Below are positions 44,777 through 52,705 of a DNA stretch of 64,000 nt, one piece after another. The position numbers were made by a program, and so were the translations under genes. The notes under the pieces were generated by a model, which did not search any database, was not told where the DNA came from, and worked only from the letters and a program-made list of their open reading frames with translations. The DNA comes from a virus: the IMG/VR virus record IMGVR_UViG_3300045988_131275, positions 32,001-96,000 of that record. One strand, given 5' to 3'. Position 1 is the stretch's first letter. Every line of letters starts with the position of its first letter.

Positions 44777-45031
44777 TTACCTCCCAATTTTTGCTAAAAA
44801 TTTTAACCATAGTTTCTGATACCATAACACATGTAAATCATATCCCATAAGCTCAAGAAACTCTTCTGGATGATTTTGATAATATAAGATTCGGTTTCTA
44901 TCTATTTCTTCACTATTAGATGGTGTTGTAGTTTCCCATTCTCCAAATTTAATTCTCATGGAATTACTACGTTTACTATCTTTTGATTCTATATTCTCTA
45001 ATTTACTTCCATTTTTGAATTTAATTTCTAT
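44777..45031 (-). CDS. hypothetical protein; possible ATA start extending the track ORF 44777..44959
   Basis: ATG 44959 has no SD. The frame is open back to the upstream gene stop. ATA 45031 lies 9 nt after GAGAGG. Confidence 0.45.
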   Translation of the reverse strand: MEIKFKNGSKLENIESKDSKRSNSMRIKFGEWETTTPSNSEEIDRNRILYYQNHPEEFLELMGYDLHVLWYQKLWLKFLAKIGR

Positions 45032-45037
45032 CGTAGA

Positions 45038-45442
45038 TTACCTCTCAATCTTTTCTAAACATACTGCGTAGTCAACTTTTCGTGAAATTTCATTGAATAC
45101 TACATCCTCAGATACTTTGCTAACATACCAAAAATAAGGACTAATACCTTCGTTCATTTTTTCCGCTAATTTATTCCTTCTCATCTGATGTTCATACGCT
45201 ATATCACCATATTTAAGTTTTTCTGAATCCCATCTAGCATTTGCTGTTTTTATTCTTAATGCTAAATGTAATTCATCTTCTTCTATATATTCTCTAACTA
45301 CTGAAAGCATTTTATGAATGTTTTCTTCTAACACTGGATCACCAATAAAATCTACTGGATACACGACAATGATGTTGATATATGGCGGTTCCATACTGGC
45401 AACTTCTTTCACACAAAAATTTTTGTCATCTAAAAATATTAT
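45038..45442 (-). CDS. hypothetical protein; probable ATA start
   Basis: The track GTG (45451) is part of the SD AAGGAGGTGA itself. In-frame ATA 45442 lies 5 nt after that SD. The next ATG is 19 codons downstream and has no SD. Confidence 0.55.
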   Translation of the reverse strand: MIFLDDKNFCVKEVASMEPPYINIIVVYPVDFIGDPVLEENIHKMLSVVREYIEEDELHLALRIKTANARWDSEKLKYGDIAYEHQMRRNKLAEKMNEGISPYFWYVSKVSEDVVFNEISRKVDYAVCLEKIER

Positions 45443-45523
45443 TTTTCTCACCTCCTTCCACGCCTTGAAAAAATAATTTCATCTTTAATTTTTACCTATT
45501 TTAGATCATTTTCTTTAATAGGT

Positions 45524-46507
45524 TTACCATTCTGTCCAGTAAGCTAAATCATTTTCACAAAGTTCTTGATATTCTTGGTCTGAATAAAATCCATATAAGC
45601 AATCATCTGAACAAAAATATTCTTCTCCATCATTGATTACATATCCACTATTCATAACTTCTCCACAACTTGTACAAATTCTTGTGTCATCATTATCAAC
45701 GGTTTCTTTTGTTGATTTATATTTTTGATATATCTTTCGATATATTGGAGTTACAATTTTGTATCCATTAGTATTCAGATTTGTTTTTAATAAATTATCA
45801 TGATATTCTCTTATTTTCGATGCACACTGTAAATTCTCATTTCTTCGATACAATCCATACCTTTCTATTTCATCACGATATGATGTATATGTAATATATT
45901 TTTGTTTAGGAGAATTCATTGACTTATAATTTAAAGACATAAAATAATCAATCAGCTCTTTGCATTCTTTATATGGAGCAATGAATATTTTATCATTGAA
46001 AATAGATTTAATATATTTATATCCAGAAGATATAGGATCTTTTACTTTTTTTGTTCTTTCATTTTGAAACTGTTCATAATCTTTTGAGATTATACTCATA
46101 TGTTTTGACGTTCCATATAAATCATCCGCACATAAGCCACTAAGCACATATTTTTCTTTTATATATTTTTTTGCATATATAAATGGATGAATGCATTGAA
46201 CAGCAGATTTTTTGTATGTATGAAACCGATTTACAATATATTCAACATCACTAATTAATGTATTTATCTCTTGTTTAATAGGAATTTCAATTAGACTTAA
46301 TCCAAACAAGTTAGCAATTCTTCTAGCACTTTTTATATCACTCGATTCATATGTTTCTAAATAAAATGTATATAGCGTTGGGTTTACTCCAATGTCTAAA
46401 CAAGATAATAATATTGACAGACTGTCCAATCCACCACTGAATAAAATAGCTACAGAATTTTTATCTTTTATCTTATTTTCCAAAAAATCATTCATTATTT
46501 TTCGCAT
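45524..46507 (-). CDS. asparagine-synthetase-type PP-loop ATP-pyrophosphatase (amidating/ligating enzyme without a glutaminase domain) with a C-terminal zinc finger
   Basis: PP-loop AILFSGGLDSLS. AsnB-like YVLSGLCADDLYGTSKH and IFIAPYKE. C-terminal CTSCGE..YFCSDDC zinc motif. Overlaps the MTase stop by 20 nt. Confidence 0.75.
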   Translation of the reverse strand: MRKIMNDFLENKIKDKNSVAILFSGGLDSLSILLSCLDIGVNPTLYTFYLETYESSDIKSARRIANLFGLSLIEIPIKQEINTLISDVEYIVNRFHTYKKSAVQCIHPFIYAKKYIKEKYVLSGLCADDLYGTSKHMSIISKDYEQFQNERTKKVKDPISSGYKYIKSIFNDKIFIAPYKECKELIDYFMSLNYKSMNSPKQKYITYTSYRDEIERYGLYRRNENLQCASKIREYHDNLLKTNLNTNGYKIVTPIYRKIYQKYKSTKETVDNDDTRICTSCGEVMNSGYVINDGEEYFCSDDCLYGFYSDQEYQELCENDLAYWTEW

Positions 46508-47672
46508 TTATTATATCTCCAAATAAATTTTTATATATTGCTTTTACAATAGTTATTGGTATTGTTCTCCCTGCTCGTTCATATAATTTTGTCTCAGGTA
46601 TTTTTGCAATATCTTCAACTAAATTAAAATATTTATCATTCAGTAATTGTAATCTCCAACATTCTTTTGGAGTTAATTTCCTCACTGAACCATCTTTTTC
46701 CAGTATATGCTGGTAGCAAGTTGTTGTAAGAGTTTGAGCCACCCCATGTCCCACTCTACCTCTTCGTGTTTTACTATTATAATGAGCAACATTAATACTA
46801 TCTCCAATTGTTGCTTCTGTGTATCCTTTCTTTGTTGCTTCTCTTACTTTAACTATTGGATTTCCATTATCGTCAAATTTCAAATCAGTTATTAATCCAT
46901 TATACGTATTAGTTATATCCACATAATATTTTTGATTAACTTTATCTTTTTCTAATATATCAAGTAATGATAATTTCAAAGGAATTTCGTTTGGAATTAA
47001 AAAATTACCATCATCATCTAAAATTGAAACCATAATTACTCTTTCACGATTTTGTGGAATTCCATATTTCTTTGCGTTGAATATCTTCCAATAATTTTTA
47101 TAACCATATGAAGATAATGTATCGCACCATTCGTTGAAAATGTCTATATGAGCTTTACTGACTATATTTTTTACATTCTCCATAATTAAATATTTTGGTC
47201 TTTTGTATTTGATAAGTGGTTCACAATTCCAGACTAATGATGATTGTGTTCCACTATCTCTCTCAAAACCTAATTGTTGCCCTTCATTGGTAATATTTTT
47301 ACATGGAAATGAATATGTAAATAAATCAATATCAGGAAGATCATTTGTATTTATATTGCGAATATCTCCATAGTTTTTTATATTTTTACACGAATTATAT
47401 AATTTTAAAATTTCTTCATGGGACTTTGGAAGTTCAGATTTGCCAGTAGAAAAATTATAAGCAACATTTATTGTTTTTAGATATGTAATCATTTCATCAT
47501 CGGACAATACATCATTTGATATGTTTATAGATTCATTATGAATTGCGTCATATGATAATATTGCATATTTATCAACTTCACTTGTACCAACAAGATGATA
47601 ACTTATCCCCATTTCTTTGAGGGCAATTGTAAATATGCCAATTCCTGAAAATCCTTCAAATACATTTAGCAT
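46488..47672 (-). CDS. DNA (cytosine-5) methyltransferase-fold enzyme with atypical cofactor-pocket motifs (candidate carboxymethyltransferase)
   Basis: Motif I FEGFSGIG. Motif IV SFPCKNIT (PCK rather than PCQ). Motif VI IMENVKN. Motif VIII IPQNRERV. Motif IX RKLTPKECWRLQ. Motif X reads AGRTIPITIV, where canonical enzymes have GN(A/S)V. Confidence 0.85.
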   Translation of the reverse strand: MLNVFEGFSGIGIFTIALKEMGISYHLVGTSEVDKYAILSYDAIHNESINISNDVLSDDEMITYLKTINVAYNFSTGKSELPKSHEEILKLYNSCKNIKNYGDIRNINTNDLPDIDLFTYSFPCKNITNEGQQLGFERDSGTQSSLVWNCEPLIKYKRPKYLIMENVKNIVSKAHIDIFNEWCDTLSSYGYKNYWKIFNAKKYGIPQNRERVIMVSILDDDGNFLIPNEIPLKLSLLDILEKDKVNQKYYVDITNTYNGLITDLKFDDNGNPIVKVREATKKGYTEATIGDSINVAHYNSKTRRGRVGHGVAQTLTTTCYQHILEKDGSVRKLTPKECWRLQLLNDKYFNLVEDIAKIPETKLYERAGRTIPITIVKAIYKNLFGDIINAKNNE

Positions 47673-47683
47673 ATATGCACCCC

Positions 47684-48439
47684 CTATTTAATTGCAATAT
47701 ATCCCACAAAATTCATCCAACGCCAAAATACATCTACTTGTCTGAATCCTGCTTGATGTAATAACTCAACATTCCATTTATTCGTACATGGAACTAGAAC
47801 ACCCTCTAGTGATAATTTTTTTCTGTCTATTTGTTCTTGTGAATACCCATTTAATTTCTTTAGTCCATAATAATTCTCAACGAACATGTTATTTAATGAT
47901 GATGTTTCTCCTAATACTTTCTCCACCATCAAAAATATCCCATCATGATTTAATGATTTATATACATTCGCCAAAATATCTTGCCTATATTCAATAGGAG
48001 TAAACTGAATACATAATGTAGATGTGATTATATCGAAATATTCTCGTGGGAATTCATTTCTTAAATCCATATTTAAAATAGATACTCTTCCATTTTGTAT
48101 TTCTTTATCAAATCTTATACGTGCTTTATCAAGCATCGGCTCAGATACATCAATTCCAATATAATGTCCATGATTATATTTCGATAAGAAATCAGCAATT
48201 TGCAATCCATCTGAGCATCCGATATCTAATACTGAAAATGGTTGTGAACAATTTGATAATTCATTTTCTGAATATCTTTGTAATATTTTATTGATTCTAA
48301 TAGATGCCAAATCAAGAATAGATTTACGCATTAAGTTGTACTGTGGAATTGATCTTGAAAGCATATCTTCAAAACATTCTGCTACATTTTCATCAAATTC
48401 CCACTTATTATCTGGTAAAATATTGTCTTTGGTTTCTAT
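47684..48439 (-). CDS. cmoA: CmoA-like carboxy-S-adenosylmethionine (Cx-SAM) synthase
   Basis: WEFDENVAECFEDMLSRSIPQY, VLDIGCSDG and NGYSQEQIDRKKLSLEGVL..GFRQVDVFWRWMNFVGYIAIK follow E. coli CmoA (recalled) almost motif for motif. The homology extends 25 codons upstream of the first ATG (48364). The only in-frame near-cognate start there is ATA 48439. Confidence 0.85.
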   Translation of the reverse strand: METKDNILPDNKWEFDENVAECFEDMLSRSIPQYNLMRKSILDLASIRINKILQRYSENELSNCSQPFSVLDIGCSDGLQIADFLSKYNHGHYIGIDVSEPMLDKARIRFDKEIQNGRVSILNMDLRNEFPREYFDIITSTLCIQFTPIEYRQDILANVYKSLNHDGIFLMVEKVLGETSSLNNMFVENYYGLKKLNGYSQEQIDRKKLSLEGVLVPCTNKWNVELLHQAGFRQVDVFWRWMNFVGYIAIK

Positions 48440-48499
48440 AACACAACATCTCCCTTCTTACGATGTATTAAATTGTAAGTTTTTGAAAAACGCCTTGAA

Positions 48500-48553
48500 T
48501 TAAGGCATAAGAAATAATAGAAATTTTAAATATAATATTAACTACGATGAAAG
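48500..48553. repeat. intergenic motif pair TTAAGGCATA ... TACGATGAAAG (copy 2)
   Basis: The 10-mer is at 48500-48509 and the 11-mer at 48543-48553 (33-nt spacing). On the - strand the 10-mer is part of a GCCTT/AAGGC hairpin followed by TTTTT. Confidence 0.6.
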
Positions 48554-48565
48554 AAATATTTTATG

Positions 48566-48763
48566 TTACTTTTTGTCTTTAAATCTTGCATAAGCATCAC
48601 TTACGATTTTATTAAAATATAAATGTTGTTCTATTTCTTTATAAATGCTTTGCGTAATATGATTCTCGGTTTTCTTTACCATATAATCTTCCACTGTTTT
48701 AAAATTATTCATCAATTTTTCTTTGTCTGATAATTTGTTATTCTGTTTCTTCTTTCTCTTCAT
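48566..48763 (-). CDS. hypothetical basic protein
   Basis: I prefer ATG 48763 (MKRKKKQNNK..), which avoids a 53-nt overlap with the upstream gene. Confidence 0.55.
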   Translation of the reverse strand: MKRKKKQNNKLSDKEKLMNNFKTVEDYMVKKTENHITQSIYKEIEQHLYFNKIVSDAYARFKDKK

Positions 48764-48770
48764 ATTTAAC

Positions 48771-49082
48771 CTATAGCATCTCCGCAACTTTCTTTGCAAA
48801 AATATCTTTGATATTCTTATCAATTACATCACAAATAACTTTCTCCGTTGCTTCTTTTACATATGTGTCTAATGTTTTATCTTTAATTTTTCGATTTGGA
48901 TTCCATCTATCTGCTGATACTAATGCTCCAATTCTTTTAGTGACAATCTTTTCAATTTCATCATCAAGATTCCCCACAATTACATCTTCGATATACTTGT
49001 CCATTGCAAGTTTAACTTTCTGCTCAAGTTCTTCACTATCAACTTGCAGATTTAAAATTAATTTTGGTTCTGATTTCTTCAT
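48771..49082 (-). CDS. hypothetical protein
   Basis: 103 aa ORF. Confidence 0.65.
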   Translation of the reverse strand: MKKSEPKLILNLQVDSEELEQKVKLAMDKYIEDVIVGNLDDEIEKIVTKRIGALVSADRWNPNRKIKDKTLDTYVKEATEKVICDVIDKNIKDIFAKKVAEML

Positions 49083-49152
49083 AATTCTTTAATCTCCTTT
49101 AAATTTTTCTTAACTTCACATTTACTTATGCTGTTTAATTTCTTTCATTTTT

Positions 49153-49506
49153 TCACCACCCTAAATATTGAAACCATTTTGCAAATAACATTAATCCTTC
49201 TTGAATCTTATCATTCAGATCCTTGCATTTATCTCTCCAATCGGAATCCTTAAAATTTATAGACATATATATCTCATAATCATTAGCAATTTGCTCAAAA
49301 GACCAAATCATTTTATCTAATGCTTCATCCCATTTCTCTTCTGTTTCCATTCCTTCTCTTCCTGGATAACCGTTATTTAATTTCTTGAATAATTTTAATC
49401 TTGGGAGAACATATTTTGCAATATTACAATCCAAATCCAATGTTTCTTTTGGATTTACATACAATCCTTGTTTCTTTAGCCATTTCTTACGTGTTCTTTT
49501 ATTCAT
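49153..49506 (-). CDS. hypothetical protein
   Basis: 117 aa ORF. Confidence 0.65.
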   Translation of the reverse strand: MNKRTRKKWLKKQGLYVNPKETLDLDCNIAKYVLPRLKLFKKLNNGYPGREGMETEEKWDEALDKMIWSFEQIANDYEIYMSINFKDSDWRDKCKDLNDKIQEGLMLFAKWFQYLGW

Positions 49507-49519
49507 AAAACATCACCCA

Positions 49520-49909
49520 TCATAATATTCCAATTAAAATCCACCATGTAAAAATAATTTGGATAACATGAATTATCTGGTCTTGAACCAAATTAATTTT
49601 CTTTTCATTAGCTTTCAAATTGTCTACAAACATATGTATCATTAAATTAACAATTAACAATACAGGTTTCCATATTCCACCAGCTACCATAAGAGCAATT
49701 GTTGGTGGTAACATAATCATAAATGACCAACTAAAGCTATGCATAAATAACGCTGTTAGGTAATCATATTTATATAATTTCTCTGGTGCGTTCTTTTCCC
49801 ACCATGATTTTTGTTTAGCAGATGCTAACCCTCCTTGTAAATAATAATCATCTACAATATGGCAGAAAATCATAGTAAATAAGATAAATATTTTATATGC
49901 AATATTCAT
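49520..49909 (-). CDS. integral membrane protein (DUF3307-like)
   Basis: Four predicted TM helices. The HIVDDYYLQG motif resembles DUF3307. TTTCATGGAGGTAAAAT lies upstream of the ATG. Confidence 0.6.
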   Translation of the reverse strand: MNIAYKIFILFTMIFCHIVDDYYLQGGLASAKQKSWWEKNAPEKLYKYDYLTALFMHSFSWSFMIMLPPTIALMVAGGIWKPVLLIVNLMIHMFVDNLKANEKKINLVQDQIIHVIQIIFTWWILIGIL

Positions 49910-49939
49910 ATTTTACCTCCATGAAATCGAGATTTTAAG

Positions 49940-50125
49940 TTACATATCATCTATTTCTTTATCTATTGTAATTTGAATCTTAATAGCAGGTTTAGTTGTT
50001 TCTGCGACACCATAACCAGTTGTTACATTATCATAGCTTGCATGAACGCATTCTGTATCAATATCAAATTTATCTGCTACAATTTTTACAATATCATTTT
50101 CGTTTAATTCATAGATTGTTTTCAT
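49940..50125 (-). CDS. hypothetical protein
   Basis: 61 aa. The start overlaps the upstream stop by 4 nt. Confidence 0.6.
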   Translation of the reverse strand: MKTIYELNENDIVKIVADKFDIDTECVHASYDNVTTGYGVAETTKPAIKIQITIDKEIDDM

Positions 50126-50388
50126 ATCTCATCTTCTCCTTTTTGTTGAATTGAATAATCATATCGCCAGGCTACAATATCTATATCGCTGCGCCACCCA
50201 TCACATCCATCAGCGTCTAGCACATAAGCATAATAACAATATCCTGTCCATTGATGGTATTTAAATTCTCTACCATCTTTGTCTTTTACAATAATCCATT
50301 TATTCTCTTCTGGGTAATCTTCTCGATCATGCCACTTTAATCTGATTATTTTTGTACTCAATATTTCCAATTTCAAATTCTCCTTCAC
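50122..50388 (-). CDS. hypothetical protein (DUF551-like?)
   Basis: There is no in-frame ATG, so the start is ambiguous (GTG 50388 inside an SD, TTG 50370 or ATA). It overlaps the 3' end of 50327..50470. Confidence 0.5.
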   Translation of the reverse strand: MKENLKLEILSTKIIRLKWHDREDYPEENKWIIVKDKDGREFKYHQWTGYCYYAYVLDADGCDGWRSDIDIVAWRYDYSIQQKGEDEI

Positions 50389-50470
50389 TTGTAAGAACTA
50401 TAGCATTTGTACTTTCAAGGATAATCGTAGGTAATTTATCCAATGTTTTCCATAACTCTAATAACGTCAT
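50327..50470 (-). CDS. small hypothetical protein (47 aa, below the track cutoff)
   Basis: ATG 50470 lies 4 nt after GGTGAGCAA. Stop TGA 50327-50329. Confidence 0.45.
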   Translation of the reverse strand: MTLLELWKTLDKLPTIILESTNAIVLTSEGEFEIGNIEYKNNQIKVA

Positions 50471-50478
50471 TTGCTCAC

Positions 50479-50754
50479 CTATAATTTCTTCCATAATTCT
50501 TTTGATCTAGTATCTTCTTTCAAACAATCATATTTCGCCATTCCAATAGATTCATGTTCCAAAACTCTCCAAATTGCTTTAAAAATGTTTCTTTCACAAG
50601 AAGTAATATTTCCTGCTTCAACTGAAAATCTTAATCCTTCTTTAAAATCAAACCACATAGTAGCTTCAATTTTTGTTCTTGCCTTACAATCACCTCTCCA
50701 TGCAAGAGGAGAAGTCGCTTCTTTATAAAACAATACCTTTTTATATGTCTTCAT
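50479..50754 (-). CDS. hypothetical protein
   Basis: 91 aa ORF, 1-nt gap to the upstream gene. Confidence 0.65.
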   Translation of the reverse strand: MKTYKKVLFYKEATSPLAWRGDCKARTKIEATMWFDFKEGLRFSVEAGNITSCERNIFKAIWRVLEHESIGMAKYDCLKEDTRSKELWKKL

Positions 50755-50755
50755 A

Positions 50756-51037
50756 TTAGCTACAATCCCCTAACGCTTTAATTACTCTTTGTGCCTGTTT
50801 CTCTAACTCAACTTCTGCTTTTGCCTTGATATATTCTTCTACTGAATCAACATCTACTTCAATGTCAATTACATCATTTTCATATGGCTCACCAGTTAAT
50901 TCTTCTCCATATATAATTTCTTCAAATGGGATAACATAATACTCACCTGTTTCACCATCTGTGCAGCTAAATGTCAATTCAGTATCATCATCATATCCGA
51001 TTTCTTGCAATTTTCTTATAAGTTCTGTAACCCTCAT
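50756..51037 (-). CDS. hypothetical strongly acidic protein
   Basis: 93 aa, rich in D/E (YDDDTE.., EPYENDVIDIEVDVDSVEEY). Confidence 0.65.
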   Translation of the reverse strand: MRVTELIRKLQEIGYDDDTELTFSCTDGETGEYYVIPFEEIIYGEELTGEPYENDVIDIEVDVDSVEEYIKAKAEVELEKQAQRVIKALGDCS

Positions 51038-51333
51038 TTACTATCTCCATCTTTCTTTATACCTATATTCACTATTTTATAAATGAATTTTGTGAATATT
51101 CTTTTGTTCTTTCGTTTCTTATGTCTTTCTCGAAAAATGTCAAATATGCAAAGAAAAAATGAGAATCCTCCCATAAGAATTAGACCAATAACACAATGCA
51201 TCCCTCTTTCAAAATAATTCTCATCATATGGGTTTCCTCTCATATCGTGTATACACACAAGCATTAACGATAATATCCCCATGAATAACCATATGACTGC
51301 AATTATGATGTACGCTTTACTCCCAAACGTTAT
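51034..51333 (-). CDS. small membrane protein; probable ATA start extends the track ORF 51034..51282
   Basis: ATG 51282 has no SD and would start in the middle of a TM helix. In-frame ATA 51333 lies 3 nt after AAGGAGGGG and completes the helix AYIIIAVIWLFMGILSLMLVCI. Confidence 0.55.
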   Translation of the reverse strand: MTFGSKAYIIIAVIWLFMGILSLMLVCIHDMRGNPYDENYFERGMHCVIGLILMGGFSFFLCIFDIFRERHKKRKNKRIFTKFIYKIVNIGIKKDGDSK

Positions 51334-51368
51334 TCTCCCCTCCTTTGAAACGTTTGTTTCATGTGATG

Positions 51369-51704
51369 CTAGACCATCACTTTATCATTGATTTCTTTAA
51401 TTTTAGTTCTCATATAATATCTCAAATCTTCTCTAAGTTCACGATTGCACATAATCTGTTTAATATCGTTTGAAAATTCAGTAACCATTTTATTAACAAT
51501 CTTATCTGCCATTTCTTCTTCTAATCGTGATATAATTTTCTCTTTTACTTTTTCAATATCAATTTTTTCATAACATTCCTTAAGGATTTCGTATGGAACT
51601 TCATACCTATTATCGTAACTAATTTTAATAAGATCATGTTTTGAAATGTCATTGATAATCTTTTTCTGGATTAAATCATTAAATTTTTCTTCAAAATTTA
51701 CCAT
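51369..51704 (-). CDS. hypothetical protein
   Basis: 111 aa ORF. Confidence 0.65.
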   Translation of the reverse strand: MVNFEEKFNDLIQKKIINDISKHDLIKISYDNRYEVPYEILKECYEKIDIEKVKEKIISRLEEEMADKIVNKMVTEFSNDIKQIMCNRELREDLRYYMRTKIKEINDKVMV

Positions 51705-52321
51705 TTTGTATTCTCCAAACTATTTAAAAATTGTTTCATCCATAAATTCTTTTCTTCTACTCTCTTTAATTCTTCTTGCCATTTTTCATACCTTCTTTTA
51801 ACTTGTTTATCTGCATTATCTCTTAAAATATCAATACATTTCTTAATTGTATCATCAGAAGTATCTAATTCCTTATTTATATCTTTTTCACACCATTCAT
51901 ATAAAGCTGTATTCAATGACATATCAATTTGTTCTAAACAAAATTTCTTTAGATTTTCATGTTCTGGTGTTGGTGGAATCCATTTTTCAACTTCTTCTCG
52001 TACTTTTAGGTACTTTTTATCTTCATCTTTATATCCTTCAAGTATTTTTGCTGCCCTGCCCTTATTATCATCATATTTAGATATTATATCTTCTTTTACT
52101 TCTTCAAGAGTCATGCTATATGCTTTTTCTCTTGATGCTAAAGAATCTTTATATGCTTTTTCATAATAAGGATGTGGCTCAAAATGATTTGGTGTTGGAA
52201 CATCTAAAGATTCATCTTTTAAGTCAACGGCAATTCCAAATGCTCTGGTACATAGTTTCAAAAACTCTTTACCAGATGTTATTTTCCCATCCTTAATATA
52301 AGACGTATATCCTGTTGGCAT
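51698..52321 (-). CDS. hypothetical protein
   Basis: 207 aa ORF. Confidence 0.7.
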   Translation of the reverse strand: MPTGYTSYIKDGKITSGKEFLKLCTRAFGIAVDLKDESLDVPTPNHFEPHPYYEKAYKDSLASREKAYSMTLEEVKEDIISKYDDNKGRAAKILEGYKDEDKKYLKVREEVEKWIPPTPEHENLKKFCLEQIDMSLNTALYEWCEKDINKELDTSDDTIKKCIDILRDNADKQVKRRYEKWQEELKRVEEKNLWMKQFLNSLENTKW

Positions 52322-52330
52322 TATTTATCC

Positions 52331-52705
52331 TCACTTTTCCAATTCTTTAATACTAAACCAGTCAATATTAAAATAACCTTGCACTTTATACATATAAACA
52401 ACTACAGGATATTCATTCTCTTCTGGTTTATTTTTAATTTCGTATTTATCAGTCAATGGATTATTAATCTCATGCTCATCAGAGTACTTATCATTAGGAT
52501 CTTCTAATGTATATGGAACTTCAAATGTGTCCATCCAAGAACTCACACTATCAAATAATGAAGCGTCTGTTTGGAATTGCTCACCGCCAAATATGGCATC
52601 TTCACTTTTCCATTGATACATTTCTTTTGCAAAGTTAAGATAATCCTCATAGTTAGTACATAAACTCCACCATGTATTAGTGAATCTTTTAGATTTGTGT
52701 ACTAT
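52331..52705 (-). CDS. hypothetical protein; probable ATA start
   Basis: The track GTG (52714) lies inside the SD GAGGTGA. In-frame ATA 52705 follows that SD by 5 nt. The next ATG is about 30 codons downstream. Confidence 0.55.
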   Translation of the reverse strand: MVHKSKRFTNTWWSLCTNYEDYLNFAKEMYQWKSEDAIFGGEQFQTDASLFDSVSSWMDTFEVPYTLEDPNDKYSDEHEINNPLTDKYEIKNKPEENEYPVVVYMYKVQGYFNIDWFSIKELEK

